A DNA stretch of 64,000 nucleotides from Batkoa obscura (Eukaryota), in contig JASVEC010000001.1 in NCBI GenBank assembly GCA_030770535.1, positions 496,001 through 560,000 on the forward strand, in the 5' to 3' direction. This document shows, one piece after another, positions 62,911 through 64,000 of this stretch. Numbering within the stretch: position 1 is the first letter of the stretch; each line of letters opens with the position of its first letter. A program made the position numbers and the translations under genes. The notes beneath the pieces are model-generated. The model saw nothing but the letters and a program-made list of their open reading frames with translations. It did no database searches and was not told the DNA's origin.

Positions 62911-64000
62911 TGGCGGTGACTCTTTAGCAAATTAGTACTAAAGAGAAAAAGACTACAGTGAGCAAAACAGATTGAAATAAGGATACATTGTAATTTCATC
63001 TTGGAAACCAGCCTTCGTTTTCATTTCGTTTTTATAAGCTCTATCATCAAAACCTTAAATGTCAAGCTTTCATGACATCAGATAGTGATAGCTTTAAATT
63101 CAAGTATTTTTCATTAAATGATTGTATCTTAATAGCCTCTATGGTTTAACATACATTGTTAAAAAGTTATAACAGTCATTGCAATACAACACTATATGTT
63201 TATGTAATTATAGGATATTAAGTAAAAAATTAAAAGCCACTCATTAAATTTTATACTTCGATTTACATAAAAGTATTAGAGAATTATATTTGATTGAATG
63301 TAGTATTAAAATTAGAAAATGCCTTCTATTAAATGCTTATATTTTTTCCAAAGATCTTGAAGGAGCTTTTCAAGCTCCCAAGTGTTTTATTGTTAGATAA
63401 ATTATCATTTATAATCTTTAGAATTTGCTTTTCTGATTAATAGAGTTTTTTCTTATAATTTACTCCTCTAAATCTATTTATACTATTCACTGCAAAAATT
63501 GTAGCTACCCTGGGACATTACTTATCCTCAGAGTTTGTTTGTACTTCTAATGATAGTAAGACAACGAAAAGACTTTGAAGCCTTTCGGATATTACCTCCC
63601 CCTATATTACTGTCTAGCATTCGATTTTTTATTATCTTGTTTTCTAAAGAATACAACTTAAAAGTTTACAATTGTATTTTAATTTTGGTATTGTGTATCT
63701 TATACTGTGTAATATGTCTCCTCCCTTCCTTTACTTTCAAGCTTGTATCTGGATTATGCTAAATTACTTTTTTATTTATGTGTATGGTTGTTTCTAACAT
63801 TTTTTATACACTAATGATGCCATAAGTAGAAGAATTGTAATATTAAATTGATTTAATTTCATGTTCATTACTTTAGCTCATTTCATGTATTATGTATCAT
63901 TTGCTAAATCTAATATTAATTTATATTAAACTATCCAAGTTTATGTAACTTAGTCAATATAGTCATATAAGTCACAATTAGAAATATTCCCAATTAAAAA

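Overview
AT-rich, intron-containing eukaryotic DNA. The gene set (COQ6, VTS1, tricalbin, OCA6, SEN34, TDA10-like, Bni4-like), very short GT-AG introns (about 35-60 nt) and a Ral-type GTPase point to an early-diverging, non-Dikarya fungus. Entomophthoromycotina is possible, but that is inference. The window holds about 21 intact protein genes, one SulP pseudogene, two tRNA genes (Leu-CAG, His-GTG), several gene relics and at least two families of TA-flanked MITEs (~100 bp and ~163 bp). I did not find a single clearly new multi-gene system. The most notable signals are: (1) a MITE copy converted almost entirely by C>T/G>A changes, suggesting RIP-like repeat hypermutation; (2) a GH47 mannosidase with most catalytic and Ca2+-site residues replaced in an intact gene; (3) a Ral GTPase; (4) three SulP/SLC26 paralogues, with a ~650-bp near-identical conversion tract between an intact copy and a nonsense-disrupted copy 35 kb away; (5) 9-nt and 20-nt micro-exons; (6) a 5'-C / 3'-G skew inside genes. 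All calls come from reading by eye; no searches were run.
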